A stretch of DNA of 63,741 nt, filler included, from Octopus bimaculoides (Eukaryota), in NCBI RefSeq assembly GCF_001194135.2. It is 4 parts of 4 records of this genome, joined end to end, with 100 filler letters (N's around TTAATTAATTAA, not from the genome) between each part and the next. Parts side by side here need not be neighbours in the genome. Positions count along the whole stretch, not along the records: positions 1 to 18,736 come from NC_068995.1; 3 more parts are not named here. One strand, written 5' to 3'. How positions within the stretch are numbered: position 1 is the first letter of the stretch; every line of letters begins with the position of its first letter. The notes beneath the pieces are model-generated. The model ran no database searches. It was given only the letters and a program-made list of their open reading frames with translations, and had not been told where the DNA came from. Below are positions 1 to 11,566 of this stretch, in pieces. The position numbers were made by a program, and so were the translations under genes.

Positions 1-380
1 GCAGATGACAACGTTTCTCTAAAAGAAATGGAAAAACTTTCAAAATACAAAGACCTGGAAATAGAGATAACTCGAATGTGGAATCTAAAAACAGAAACAA
101 TTCCTATCATAGTAGGTGCCTTAGGTATAATAAAAAAATATTCAGACAAATACATAACAAAAACACCAGGACTTACAAATATATATAACATACAGAAAAT
201 TGCACTACTGGGTACTGCACACATTCTACGCAAAACACTTTCAATACAGTAAACATAAGAGCACCACAGCAAACCACAGCACATACCCAAGGCGCACAGA
301 GCTGCGCTCGGTAGTGAAGTGAAAGCACGTTGTAAAAATAAAACTACTGAATAATAATAATAATAATATTAATAATAATA
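1..380 (+). mobile_element. Young R4/Dong-type non-LTR retrotransposon (family A): 3' end of the RLE domain, 3' UTR and (TAA)n
   Basis: ORF 28-252 EKLSKYKDLEIEITRMW..IPIIVGALG..IQKIALLGTAHILRK is the typical C-terminus of a restriction-like endonuclease (R4/Dong clade). A ~100 bp UTR is followed by TAA repeats. Near-identical copies occur at 18840, 30964 and 58650. Confidence 0.9.
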
Positions 381-489
381 ACCTGGATACCCCTTAAAAC
401 CCATCCAAAGAGGAGTATCACCACCCAAACAAACCTTGTGAATAAATATATCCAGTGTTACGACCTACTAGATGGCCATACATTACTGC

Positions 490-890
490 GGAAGGAGAAG
501 ATTATATGCATCTACGAGTATTAGAATCTGACAAAGCTCTAACTACAGAAATGAAAGAGAAAATGAAGGAGTACATCAGAAGGGTTAGGAAGTTAGTGAA
601 GTGAAAGATAAATGGTTCTAATCAAGTGAAGGCTGTAAATACGGAGGAGTGTTGTTAATTAGATATGCAATAGCTTTTGAATTAGCAGATCTAGACAGAA
701 CTAGGAAGGAATTCAATATGACTAGAGGACTTCCCCCAACAGCAGGGTTAGCAAGATTATACTTACCTAGAAAGGAAGGTGGAAGAGGGTTAAAATCAGT
801 AGAAGAGTGCTTGGAGTTGGCTAGGTTTGATATAACCTTCTATATAAGTAATAGTGAAGAAAATTTATCAAGAACCGCTAGAGTAACAGT
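490..890 (+). mobile_element. Old, degenerate R4/Dong RT thumb-region fragment
   Basis: Translation EMKEKMKEYIRRVRKL...ELADLDRTRK...ARLYLPRKEGGRGLKSVEEC matches the post-RT RLYLPRKEGGRGL motif; stops and frameshifts present. Confidence 0.8.
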
Positions 891-912
891 ATGATATAAG
901 AATATCAAATAT

Positions 913-1040
913 CATTATTATTATTATTACTGAGTGAAAGAACAGTGCATGCCACCAAAGTGACACCTGGGTAAAATATACGAATCCCAGTATACCTATC
1001 ATGACTATTATTATTATTATTATTTTTATTATTATTATTA

Positions 1041-1101
<61 letters not shown>
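913..1101. repeat. (ATT)n array interrupted by a ~76 bp non-repetitive insert (930-1005)
   Basis: ATT repeats at 913-929 and 1006-1101 flank TGAGTGAAAG...CATGACT. Confidence 0.9.
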
Positions 1102-1102
<1 letters not shown>

Positions 1103-1460
1103 GTTAAAGGCGAAGAGCGTGATTCGATTGAAATCGATGTTTTATGAGTTGAACGATATTTCGACAGTACGTCTGTTTCTGTCGATTTTAAAATAAGAAG
1201 TGATAAAAATTCAAAATTATAGAAATTCAAATTTAGAGTATGAACGAGAGCAAGCTGCATCTACATGTTGTTGGAATTAAACTTAAAGACTGATGATGTC
1301 ATTCCATCAACGTGTGGACGCTGGTTGCTCTCGTTCATACTTTAAATTTAAATTTCTATAATTTTGAATTATCACTTCTTATTTTGAACTTGACAAAGAC
1401 AGACGAAATATCGTTCAACTAATAAAATATCTTACAATCGAATCGCGCTCTTCGTCTTGA
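1103..1460. repeat. Imperfect inverted repeat (arms 1103-1253 and 1325-1460) of Penelope pLTR-like sequence with hammerhead remnants
   Basis: The reverse complement of 1325-1460 aligns along its length with 1103-1253 (GAAGAGCGyGATTCGATTG, GTTGAACGATATTTCG, AAAATAAGAAGTGATAA, GTATGAACGAGAGCAA). It shares ATTTTGAACTTGA..GACGAAATATCGTTC with the PLE 3' end at 2672-2715. Confidence 0.8.
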
Positions 1461-1498
1461 CTGTTATCTTTGTAAAGAGTTAGGTCAATCCTTTAAAA

Positions 1499-1499
1499 A

Positions 1500-1554
<55 letters not shown>

Positions 1555-1556
1555 TA
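1499..1556. repeat. (ATT)n microsatellite
   Basis: Direct reading. Confidence 0.95.
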
Positions 1557-1584
1557 ATCAATTAAGGCGGAGATCTGGCAGACA

Positions 1585-1747
1585 TATTTACATGTTTCCA
1601 GTATTTCTTCTGTATTAGAACAAATTCGTTTTACCCTAAAAAATTGAGATTTAGGATTTGACCGAATTATATGATGTTGTTGATCGGAGAGACGGTGGAG
1701 GTAAATGTAGGATGACGTGGGATTGCAAAATAACTCTGTTGCTATTT
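1585..1747 (-). mobile_element. Inverted Penelope-like RT thumb fragment
   Basis: LFCNPTSSYIYLHRLSDQQHHIIRSNPKSQFFRVKRICSN resembles the PLE thumb consensus LYRKPT...YLH..S.HP.HI..SIP.SQF.R..RICS. Confidence 0.8.
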
Positions 1748-2740
1748 TACTGGAAACATGCAAATACTTTTGTACACCGTTACGTCAAACACGGTTGTTA
1801 TGAAACATGCTTAAAGGAAATCGCAAATGACATAGCTAAAATTAGTAAGGAAAGTCAAAATTTCCCACGTAATTCCCCAAAGTAAAATTTCTGATAGAAT
1901 TCCTTTAGTGATTAACTGGCACCGAAACTTCACTGGCATTTCAAAAGTGTTTCATGAAAGTTACCAACATATTGCAGAAAAATATCTTCGTTTAAAAAAA
2001 AAAATCCTCAGCCGCTTATTGTAGCATTTAGATGGAATAGAAATATAAAAGAAATATTAACCACAACCTCTACCCCCAAGAAAATTGCAATTGGAATTTC
2101 TAAATGCTGTACCTTGAAAAACAGCTGCAAGAGAATAAGCTGTGTGAATTGTGCAACAATAGGAATCAAGTCAATTCAGTCATGAATCATAAGAGAAATA
2201 TTATAATTTATACGGAAGGTGGGAGGTGTAAAGTTTCCCATTTGGTATACGCAGCAAAATATACCACACACAACTTAATTTATGTTGGCTGTACAACAGA
2301 ACAATTACATAAAAGATTCAATAGGCACAGATATGACATCAGACACAATAACAGTTCTTAAATATAGAACTGTACAATAACAGTAGTTCGACACAATTTG
2401 CTGAACATTTTACATCAAGCGACTGCAATTTGAAGAACACTTGAAAGTGCACATTCTCAGAAAATATTCTGAATCTACAATACTTTCAGTCCTCAGTTTA
2501 TGAGGACAAATATATTTGTGAATTACTAATATCACGCCCTGGAGGAATTAATAAATGATAGGTAAATTTCATCAGATTTACACAAAACTGCTTGACTAAA
2601 TTTTCTATCAAAACAAGAACGCATGATTTCTTCGGTTATATTTTGAATTTCTGCAGTTGCTTTCATTTTACATTTTGAACTTGAAGAGGGCAAACTATCA
2701 GACGAAATATCGTTCTAACAGTTGAATAAACTGTCTATTA
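1748..2740 (+). mobile_element. Penelope-like element 3' part: linker, GIY-YIG endonuclease remnant and pLTR
   Basis: RIPLVINWHRNFTGISKVFHESYQ...PLIVAFRWNRNIKEIL linker; HLVYAAKYTTHNLIYVGCTTEQLHKRFNRHRYDIR (GIY-YIG); FAEHF...EDKYICEL...PGGIN C-terminus; HHR-like motif at 2677-2715; frameshifted. Confidence 0.85.
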
Positions 2741-2745
2741 GTTCG

Positions 2746-2890
2746 GGGTCGGTAAATCAAGTACCAGTTGAGTACTGGGGTCGATGTAATCGAATATCAC
2801 CTTCCCCCAAATTTCAGGCCTTGTTCCTATAGTAGAAAGGATTATTATTATTATTATTATTATTATCATTATTATTATTATTATTATTAT

Positions 2891-2947
<57 letters not shown>

Positions 2948-2966
2948 AAGTAGTAGTAGTAGTACT
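2746..2966 (+). mobile_element. SINE-A group 3' half with (ATT)n then (AGT)n tail
   Basis: TTCGGGGTCG.TAAAT.AAGTACCAGT..CTGGGGTCGATGTAATCGA core shared with copies at 19417, 28761 and 30165; tail GGCCTTGT.CCTATAGTAGAAAGG(ATT)n. Confidence 0.8.
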
Positions 2967-4423
2967 AATATAACGACAACGGTGATGACAATGATGATTA
3001 TGAAAATTATGATTATGATGAGAATTACGATTCTAGAAAACCACAGCAGTAAAGTAAAAAGAATACATAAACTATCAAGTGGTATAACTGAAGTGGTACA
3101 TAAATATAGGCTACATATAACATAATAATTTCAACAAAAAGAATAAACTTGTGAAAGCATAGACATGACTGCCGCTAAATAGCAAGAGCTTTCTTCCTTT
3201 TCTCGATTTTCAAATGTAATCTCCTGAACCCTGCCTCGATGCTCGACAATTTCACGTTCATGAGAAATTCTGCAAATTACAATTATTTCCGCTTTCTTAC
3301 TTTTGACTTAAAATGGTATTGTAAGGAGAAGATACAAGTTTTGCTGGAGTAGAAAGGCTTGCAGGCAATGCCTTGCACAATCGCACACTTTTCGTAGCCA
3401 ACAGTCGTGATACTCTACCGGTAAAAAAAAAAAAAAAATTAATACAGACCCAATGGACAAATATTAGTCTCGCTCTTTATATAACTGTACTAATTTATAT
3501 ATGTAAATCTTGCAACGATTCTGGTGTACGTAAATGTGTTTTGAACAACAAGCTATATAAAGTAATATACGTCTTTCACCAGACTTAAAAACAGCCACTA
3601 AATTTGGCTGGCGTGACAAGGATTCATACACATCGAGAGAACAAGAACAATTCTTAGAATGATGGACCTCGACGTTTTGTCTGCTTTAAGATCCACTATT
3701 CCACAAAAAGAATTGTTTAATCTCTAAGCAATCATGCTCTGGTTCATAGAAATTGTTTCTAGAAAATTTGACGTGAAGTCGCTTATATAGATTTCGGCTA
3801 CACATATTTCGCTATGCGCCGAGTTCAAATCTCGTTGAGCTGATTTTCTTTTTATCAATTCATGGTTTAATAAATTGTGTACTATCCAAATAGTGTAATC
3901 GCTTAAATTCGGAATGCACTTGATTTTAGTAAACTACACTTAGTCTGCATGTTAGCATATGATTTCTTCCTTGTAATAATTGTTCCTCTATCTCTCCTTT
4001 AAGTTAGCTTAAAATCGTTGTAAAATATATCACACAAGTATAAAATATTTGTTTGACTGATAGTAAATCAGTAGTTTGAAAGACAGCGTATAATGTCATT
4101 GTAGGATGATTGTGATTAATTTATCTCCAGTTCCTTTTTCTATCAAGCATGCCATCTATCACAGTGTCAGATTAAAAGTAGTTATAGTTATAAAACCTAT
4201 ACACGATAGATAATTTATAATCGTATTTGATAATAAATTACAAAATACATTATGATTACCTGTCATGGTTATTGATGCGTTTATTATAGATTTTACGACA
4301 CTTTCACTTCACACAGCTCTCTCATTTACTCTGTGAACATTCTCTCTATCTTATACATACATACACGCATACATACACACATATACACGCACTTGCGTGC
4401 ACATACGTATATGAATATATAGT

Positions 4424-4478
<55 letters not shown>

Positions 4479-4914
4479 NNNNNNNNNNNNNNNNNNNNNN
4501 NNNNNNNNNNNNNNNNNNNNNNNNNNNNNNNNNNNNNNNNNNNNNNNNNNNNNNNNNNNNNNNNNNNNNNNNNNNNNNNNNNNNNNNNNNNNNNNNNNNN
4601 NNNNNNNNNNNNNNNNNNNNNNNNNNNNNNNNNNNNNNNNNNNNNNNNNNNNNNNNNNNNNNNNNNNNNNNNNNNNNNNNNNNNNNNNNNNNNNNNNNNN
4701 NNNNNNNNNNNNNNNNNNNNNNNNNNNNNNNNNNNNNNNNNNNNNNNNNNNNNNNNNNNNNNNNNNNNNNNNNNNNNNNNNNNNNNNNNNNNNNNNNNNN
4801 NNNNNNNNNNNNNNNNNNNNNNNNNNNNNNNNNNNNNNNNNNNNNNNNNNNNNNNNNNNNNNNNNNNNNNNNNNNNNNNNNNNNNNNNNNNNNNNNNNNN
4901 NNNNNNNNNNNNNN

Positions 4915-4994
<80 letters not shown>

Positions 4995-5879
4995 AACATA
5001 CATATACATATATACACGCACACATCGCCTCTTTCCGAGTATTTGACACGTTCATGTTGATAGCGAAAATCGGTTTCGTGAAATAGGGTTATAATTACAT
5101 AGACTCACACGCACAAACATTTAAACGAATCATCTAATAGGACCATATACCCCATACATTATGCACGGAATAATGTTGACACTCGAGTTTTCAAGAACTA
5201 ATATCCAAGTATATATGCATATAGGTATGTGTATACATGTATATGTACATATGAACATACAAATATATACACACACACACACACACACATGCATATATTT
5301 ACATACTTATCTTAATTTGTGCCGTTTTCACGCCAATAATTATGCACAATAATACATTTAAATATTTATTCTCTCATCACTATCGGAGGAGTACGGTCGT
5401 GTGGTTGTTTTGTTGAGCATATCTAATTAGACCGAAATTCCTGACTGCCTTCTCTAATTGATGGATTAATTAAAATGACGTTAGTTATTGACTACTATTA
5501 TCATTACGACATTGGTATTTCTCATTAGCTTGAATTAAATATGTTAATACTAACCTAAATGGTAAATACTTATTCACATATCATGGTGTATGAGCAAATA
5601 ATCATTACATCACTGCAGCTCATTAACTTGAAGAAATATTCATTACAAGTAACGTAATATAGTATGTTATATTCTGTATTTTCGGCGTGGAAATTTGAAA
5701 ATTTTCATGACTAAATTATACTGTAAAATTACTTAGCGATGTGATCAGCATATCAAATAATATTTAGTTAATGCTAACATATTTCATACAGTTGATATGA
5801 AAAACTGCTAGTTGGAAATTATAATGATATATATTTAAATATCGTAAGTTATATTTTCAAATTTTGACAGAAAGCCAGC

Positions 5880-6260
5880 AAGTTCGTGGGAGGGGTTAAG
5901 TCGATTACATCGACCCCAATGTTTAACTCATACTTATTTTAACGACTCCCTTCGGAATCGATATAGGCAAAGTCGACCTCGGCGGAATTTGGACTTAGAA
6001 CTTTAAGAGGGACAAATGATCCAAACCCCACCATGATATGTAAAAATCCGCGAGGTAGAAACAGTGCTGTACAGTATATTTTTTTTTAATTATTTTGATA
6101 ATTTGTATATATTTATTTTATTATAATTGCAAAACAACACCACAGAGGAATTGACTTAAGCTTGAATAATAAACCACGATAAGTGAACTGCAATATGGCG
6201 CGGGATTAATTGTATAGCCTTCCGGCGTGCTAACGATTCTGTCATCTCACCGCCTTCAAA
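5880..6260 (-). mobile_element. SINE-A copy split by a ~190 bp insert (~6020-6212) carrying a pogo/Tigger-like MITE end
   Basis: Core at 5895-6015 (AAGTCGATTACATCGACCCC..GGCAAAGTCGACCTCGGCGGAATTT) and head at 6220-6260 (CCGGCGTGCTAACGATTCTG..CACCGCCTT). The insert ends in a TIR-like CCACGATAAGTGAACTGCAATATGGCGCGGGATT..TGTA; its other end is not recognisable. Confidence 0.6.
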
Positions 6261-7756
6261 TATCGTAGCACATAGAGAGTAGTTTGGCCATGTTTTAGTT
6301 ATGTAAGAACTCTTTGCTGAAAGCCAAGTGAGAAACCAGTGGACCATATAAAATGAAAGGTTGTAGCGGAAGCTTAATAATATTCGAACAGCGCCCACAT
6401 ATGGAAAGCGTTGCTTCCAAAGATTCGAAATCTATTCTTTGCTACGACTACAGCAGTGGATCTGTTTCAGTTGGTGTTTCAACTACGTTTGTCCCATTGG
6501 CGCTAACGAAAATAATTTATCAGTAATAACGATCATTTCTTTTCTATCGTAGGTACCGAATTGTTTATTACTGAATTCATTGTTTCATGATCGTTAAATA
6601 AACTGAACTAAACTTAGACTAAAGATCATTGTTGTTGTTGATGCCATTGCTTAATTTCAGTTCATGTCTGAATGAGCGGATCTATAATTGGATAATAGTA
6701 TCTCAATTTTCAAATCTACTGCCATCCATTTTTAAGACACCAAGCTGTGAGATGACCGTAATGTGGCTTCTATTTTTGACTTCACAAATTTCTCTCATTT
6801 CTTCACCAATAAAAGGTTTTCATTTTTGTCTGCACCAAGTTGATTTAGATACCTTCACTAATTAATTGAGATGAAAATGTGAAAAACACAATTTTCACTT
6901 CAACGAAGATCATGTGTGTCAGTACACTTTTTCATGATCCTGTTTTAGACATACCGGAAATATTTCTTACACATTACTTTCTGTTTGTTATATAAATTTG
7001 TTGCCTCTTCCATTGTCAGTATTTTCAATTTTATTGATTTTTCTTTAAGAGTTACATTAGAAAAGTTTCTCCACTATGGCACTAGCGGAGATCCAATGCA
7101 AGATCAAACTACCTACTAAGCAGAATAGCCAAATTCCCATCAACTCATACAATTTAACAAGTGAAATTAAAATGTTTTAACTGGACAAGTGGATCCCTGC
7201 CGGAAGGACTTTTAACTATCGGGTTGTGTGATTAGGGTTTACTTCCAGATGCACAACAAGAGTAAAGATAACAGTGTCGCTAGCGAGGTCATGTGAAGTG
7301 CTAGAAATACAAAGAAAATTTGTTCTAAATGTCATTGTCTAGCGCCTTAAGGAAGAAATGACATTTTGGATTATGGAATCGTAGATAAGCTATACCTGAA
7401 AGATAAAAAAAGGACGTTCGTAAGTGGAATGCCTTTTATCTTACTTTTACTTAACCAGGGATCATAGAAGATGAAACACAGCGGCAGCAAGATGGCCGAA
7501 ATATAATTATTCCAGAAATATGTAGTGTAATACATCTATATATTTGTATATATTTGATATAAAATTATTATGTGATGTGTGTCTGTGCATATATGTAAAC
7601 ATACACATTAGATTATTTTTACACACATTTGTATATGCATGCATACACACACACACACACACACACAAACGCGCACACACACACATATATATATATATGT
7701 GTGTGTGCGCGTGTGTGTGTGTGTGTGTGTGTCTGTCTGTGTGTGTGTTTGTGTGA

Positions 7757-7805
7757 AGGTACAGGAGTGGCTGCGTGGTAAGAAACTTGTTTTCCAAACA
7801 CCTAG
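7757..7805 (+). mobile_element. SINE-B head fragment
   Basis: AGGTACAGGAGTGGCTGCGTGGTAAGAAACTTG matches the heads at 13398 and 50696. Confidence 0.55.
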
Positions 7806-8668
7806 TTACAGGTGAAGTATACCGATGCTATGAAATATATTGAGTGATCATGAACATTGACTTTTGAAAATATAACTATTTCCTTTATATATAGATATAA
7901 ATATATTCGTTATATTATGGGCTATTACTACATGTAAATGCCTCACGTATAAGGGACTTTTAAAGTCAAAACTACGTTAATAAATATACACGGTACCGAA
8001 AGCGGGGAACGTAATTTGGAAGTCGGCTCTTAAAAACAGATTTAGCCGCAAATCACATGTGATTTCATAGTCATTGCACATAATGCACTCTCTACTCATC
8101 AGTGCACAAATATTCAGTATACATAAAAATAAACGCATATACATATCAAGCAAATCACCAAACGTATCCATCATTGCATAGGCAAATGCTCACAATTTCG
8201 GTACCGTGTATATTTATTAAAGGAGTTAGAGTACCTTACAGCGTGAGGCATTTACGTGTAGTAATAGCCCCTAATATAATGAATACACACACAAACACAC
8301 ACTTATATATATATATATATNNNNNNNNNNNNNNNNNNNNNNNNNNNNNNNNNNNNNNNNNNNNNNNNNNNNNNNNNNNNNNNNNNNNNNNNNNNNNNNN
8401 NNNNNNNNNNNNNNNNNNNNNNNNNNNNNNNNNNNNNNNNNNNNNNNNNNNNNNNNNNNNNNNNNNNNNNNNNNNNNNNNNNNNNNNNNNNNNNNNNNNN
8501 NNNNNNNNNNNNNNNNNNNNNNNNNNNNNNNNNNNNNNNNNNNNNNNNNNNNNNNNNNNNNNNNNNNNNNNNNNNNNNNNNNNNNNNNNNNNNNNNNNNN
8601 NNNNNNNNNNNNNNNNNNNNNNNNNNNNNNNNNNNNNNNNNNNNNNNNNNNNNNNNNNNNNNNNNNNN

Positions 8669-8767
8669 GCTTTGCTCAATAACACGACGCAGCGTCCGGT
8701 CCAGAAATTGATGCCACGATCCCGCGATCGTTTGTACAATACTATTACTACTAGGTTATGCCCCTCC
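8669..8767 (-). mobile_element. tRNA-derived SINE head (same group as 42265, 44935, 56433)
   Basis: Minus strand GGAGGGGCATAACCTAGTAGT...GTGTTATTGAGCAAAGC; degenerate A/B boxes. Confidence 0.6.
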
Positions 8768-8773
8768 CTAATA

Positions 8774-8808
<35 letters not shown>

Positions 8809-8818
8809 GCGTGTGTGT

Positions 8819-8852
<34 letters not shown>

Positions 8853-9389
8853 TCAAATATGAATTAGAAGCAGCTCGAGGTATATAAGTAAAACCAAACA
8901 CTCATACACAAGGTGTCCATGTGCTGTTAATTCGTCGGGTAGTTGGGCTTTTAAGCGTAAGGGAATAATTTCTCAATGCAGGTCGTGTCAAAACAGCTGA
9001 AAGCCAGTCATAGACAAGCGAGACAACTTATATCAAATCGGTTTTTTTATTTTGTTCGGAGCAATAAACATCGATGTTTCGTCGTTCGTTTGACTTTTCA
9101 ATGCCACTTACCGAACAGGGTTTGGTGCTAGCTATCTGAGCGGCTGTGACTATATGCTCAGTGGTTTAAGAACCGTCTGCTGGCATGTCTTAACATTTCA
9201 TGGCATTGAATGCGTTTAAATATGAATTAGAATTACATGAACAATCACGATTTTAATTCAGTATTCAACACAACTGCCAAACGAACGTTGACATGAAACT
9301 CTGAGTAACAGTTCTGGGATAATTTTGCAGCTTTATTTAAACGTATGTTACCTTTGGCATTCTCGTACTATTTTTTCCACCTTCTTTTG

Positions 9390-9442
9390 CACCTATGCGC
9401 TCACCTATGCGCTCACCTATGCGCTCACCTATGCGCTCACCT
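9390..9442. repeat. 12-bp tandem repeat CACCTATGCGCT x4.4
   Basis: Direct reading; four perfect units. Confidence 0.95.
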
Positions 9443-9481
9443 CTGTGTGTGTGTGTATACATTCACACACACATATACATA

Positions 9482-9571
<90 letters not shown>

Positions 9572-9863
9572 CACATGAGCATGCATAGACATAAGCACAC
9601 ATGTATATGAATTTATGTATGTAAGTATGGATACTTGGTTGGATGTATGCATGTATTTATGTATCTATGCCTGTATATATTTATCCGTTTTTAATATAGA
9701 CAATTAAGAAACATGAAGTAAATAAATAGTCAATGCAATCATAGTGTATAGTCAAATATTTATTTTTAATAAAAACTACATTGTAAACTCAAAATCTCTC
9801 TATAGTAGGTTATCAGTCACCAATTCGTAAGAATTGTGCCAAAGTTTGAAACCAATGCACAAA

Positions 9864-9867
<4 letters not shown>

Positions 9868-9928
<61 letters not shown>

Positions 9929-9996
9929 CAGCAGCAGTAGTAGTAGTAGTAGTAGCAGCAGCAGTAGTAGTAGTAGTAGCAGTAGTAGTAGTAGTT

Positions 9997-10030
<34 letters not shown>

Positions 10031-10040
10031 TAGTAGTAGG
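9868..10040. repeat. (AGT)n/(AGC)n compound microsatellite
   Basis: Direct reading. Confidence 0.95.
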
Positions 10041-11357
10041 GGCGGGAGTGGAGGTGTGCGTGGTAGGGGTGGGATGATGTGTGCGGGTGGTGGGGTGGTA
10101 GTAGCCTGGCTTGGCTGGGTTAAATAATTTATTTGTTTATCAATATATCAAACGGAATCGAGGAAGTTGTAATGTTAAAAATATAGAAGCTTAGCAAAAG
10201 CTGGCGAAGGAGACAAAAGGGACAGAACTGAGCGTGACTGTACTAGAAAGAATGACGTATAAGCTTCAATTGGGGTGAAATCAGGAAGTGAAAGAAATGG
10301 TATGGTACATTCTAATGTGTTAATCATACTGCAAGGATATGGCAATTAAATTGTTTTTCGTAAGATCATAGGAAATGCTGGAATTAGTAATAATGAAAAT
10401 ACATTGCTAAAATTAACATCTAAAGTACAGATGAATTTCTATAATCTAGAGTCCATAGTGGGTGTCCCAATATATTCGGTAGTACGTAACCAATATATAA
10501 AGACCATTTCATGATTTTCATTATGTTTAAATTAAACTTGGTTGTCTTAAAATGAAATTAGATTTTCGATATCGCTTTGGGTATCGAGGTATTATCTGAT
10601 TTCATAGGTCATCGTTAAAAGATGCATGAGCATTAGCGTATTATTTAGCTAAATTCTACAGGTACCATTACCATCAAAACATATATGTCAGTACTGCTAA
10701 AGAAGGTACATGTGTTAATGGACGATTCGGTTAACAAGTCTCAAATAGTAATAGAATCGTGGTATGTTTGTTTGTTATTTAACCTGATGGTTTAAATGAG
10801 CTAACGGAACAAATCTTAAAACTTGTTCGCTGGATTCAGTACAAATAAAAACAATTACATAAAAGTTAAAAATAGAGATAACTTTTTTTAAGACCTTGTG
10901 TCAGTCAGATGGTACAGCTATAATATTATTTTAATCTTACTCTGATAGTAATTTATACTTATGCTATCAATAACAATAAGGAAAGTTTCATTATGGCTAG
11001 ATTTGAATAGAGTTGATTTTGAATGCAACTAGGTTCTGGGCATTGTGTTGTTCGATGTTTCTGCGTAAGTGACACTAAATGATGCAGGGGTTTGTAAATA
11101 TTGGATTTCTTGTAGCTTTGGAAAACAGATAGTTTGTTAATTTATAAAATGTAGTTAATTTATAGGTGGAAAAGGAAGTCAACGAGGAATTTAACAAAGC
11201 AAGTGAAATAAAACAAAAGATAAAATGAATCAAAATTGGTAGGATGAATACAATGTAATATGATATTCGAGAAACAGTAGGATGAAGGGGATAAAATGGA
11301 AAAAAAAAACATACATGCGTCAAACAAAAAAAAAAGTAATGCTTGTACTGTGATAAA

Positions 11358-11566
11358 CGAAGAGGTGCGAAATAGTTCCTGGCTTTAAGATATCGCGAAA
11401 GCCTGCTGGAGGCCCAAACTTCCGAGTTCTTTTACAGGTCTTGGAGAAACTGAAAGACCGCTGCAATAAGTTTGTGAATTTGAGAGGGGAATATGTTGAA
11501 TATAATTGACTGCGTCTCCTGTATTTTTTTAAAACTTAAAGCCAGAAACTTTTCAACTCTTCTTCA
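11358..11566 (+). mobile_element. Internally deleted mariner-like element (MITE)
   Basis: Imperfect TIRs GAAGAGGTGCGAAATAGTTCCTGGCTTTAAG and CTTAAAGCCAGAAACTTTTCAACTCTTC; internal LEKLKDRCNKFVNLRGEYVE resembles the mariner transposase C-terminus. Confidence 0.75.

Noticed and set aside
1285-1325. CTGATGA in the fold-back spacer
   Set aside because: No GAAA or stem III follows the GTC/GAC pairing; not a hammerhead.
4326-5060. Long ORFs containing X runs (also near 8.1-8.9, 24.6-25.3, 33.2-33.8, 39.5-40.3, 47.6-48.6 and 55.9-56.5 kb)
   Set aside because: Artefacts of N gaps flanked by (TA)n, (CA)n or (GA)n.
9390-9442. Short tandem repeats (12, 14, 17, 19 bp) as a CRISPR-like array
   Set aside because: No spacers, eukaryotic context, no cas genes.
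10039-10100. G-rich tracts (also 43600-43710) as functional G-quadruplexes
   Set aside because: Degenerate GGT/GGC microsatellite sequence with no functional context.
9834-10127. Poly-Ser/poly-Val ORFs; likewise poly-Ile/Asn/Tyr (868-1260, 62962-63307) and HT/CV/YI/SL repeats
   Set aside because: Translations of microsatellites with no flanking coding signal.
11075-11323. Hydrophobic ORF resembling a receptor helix (similar at 11493-12127 and 43712-43978)
   Set aside because: Explained by T-rich low complexity; no family motif or splice support.
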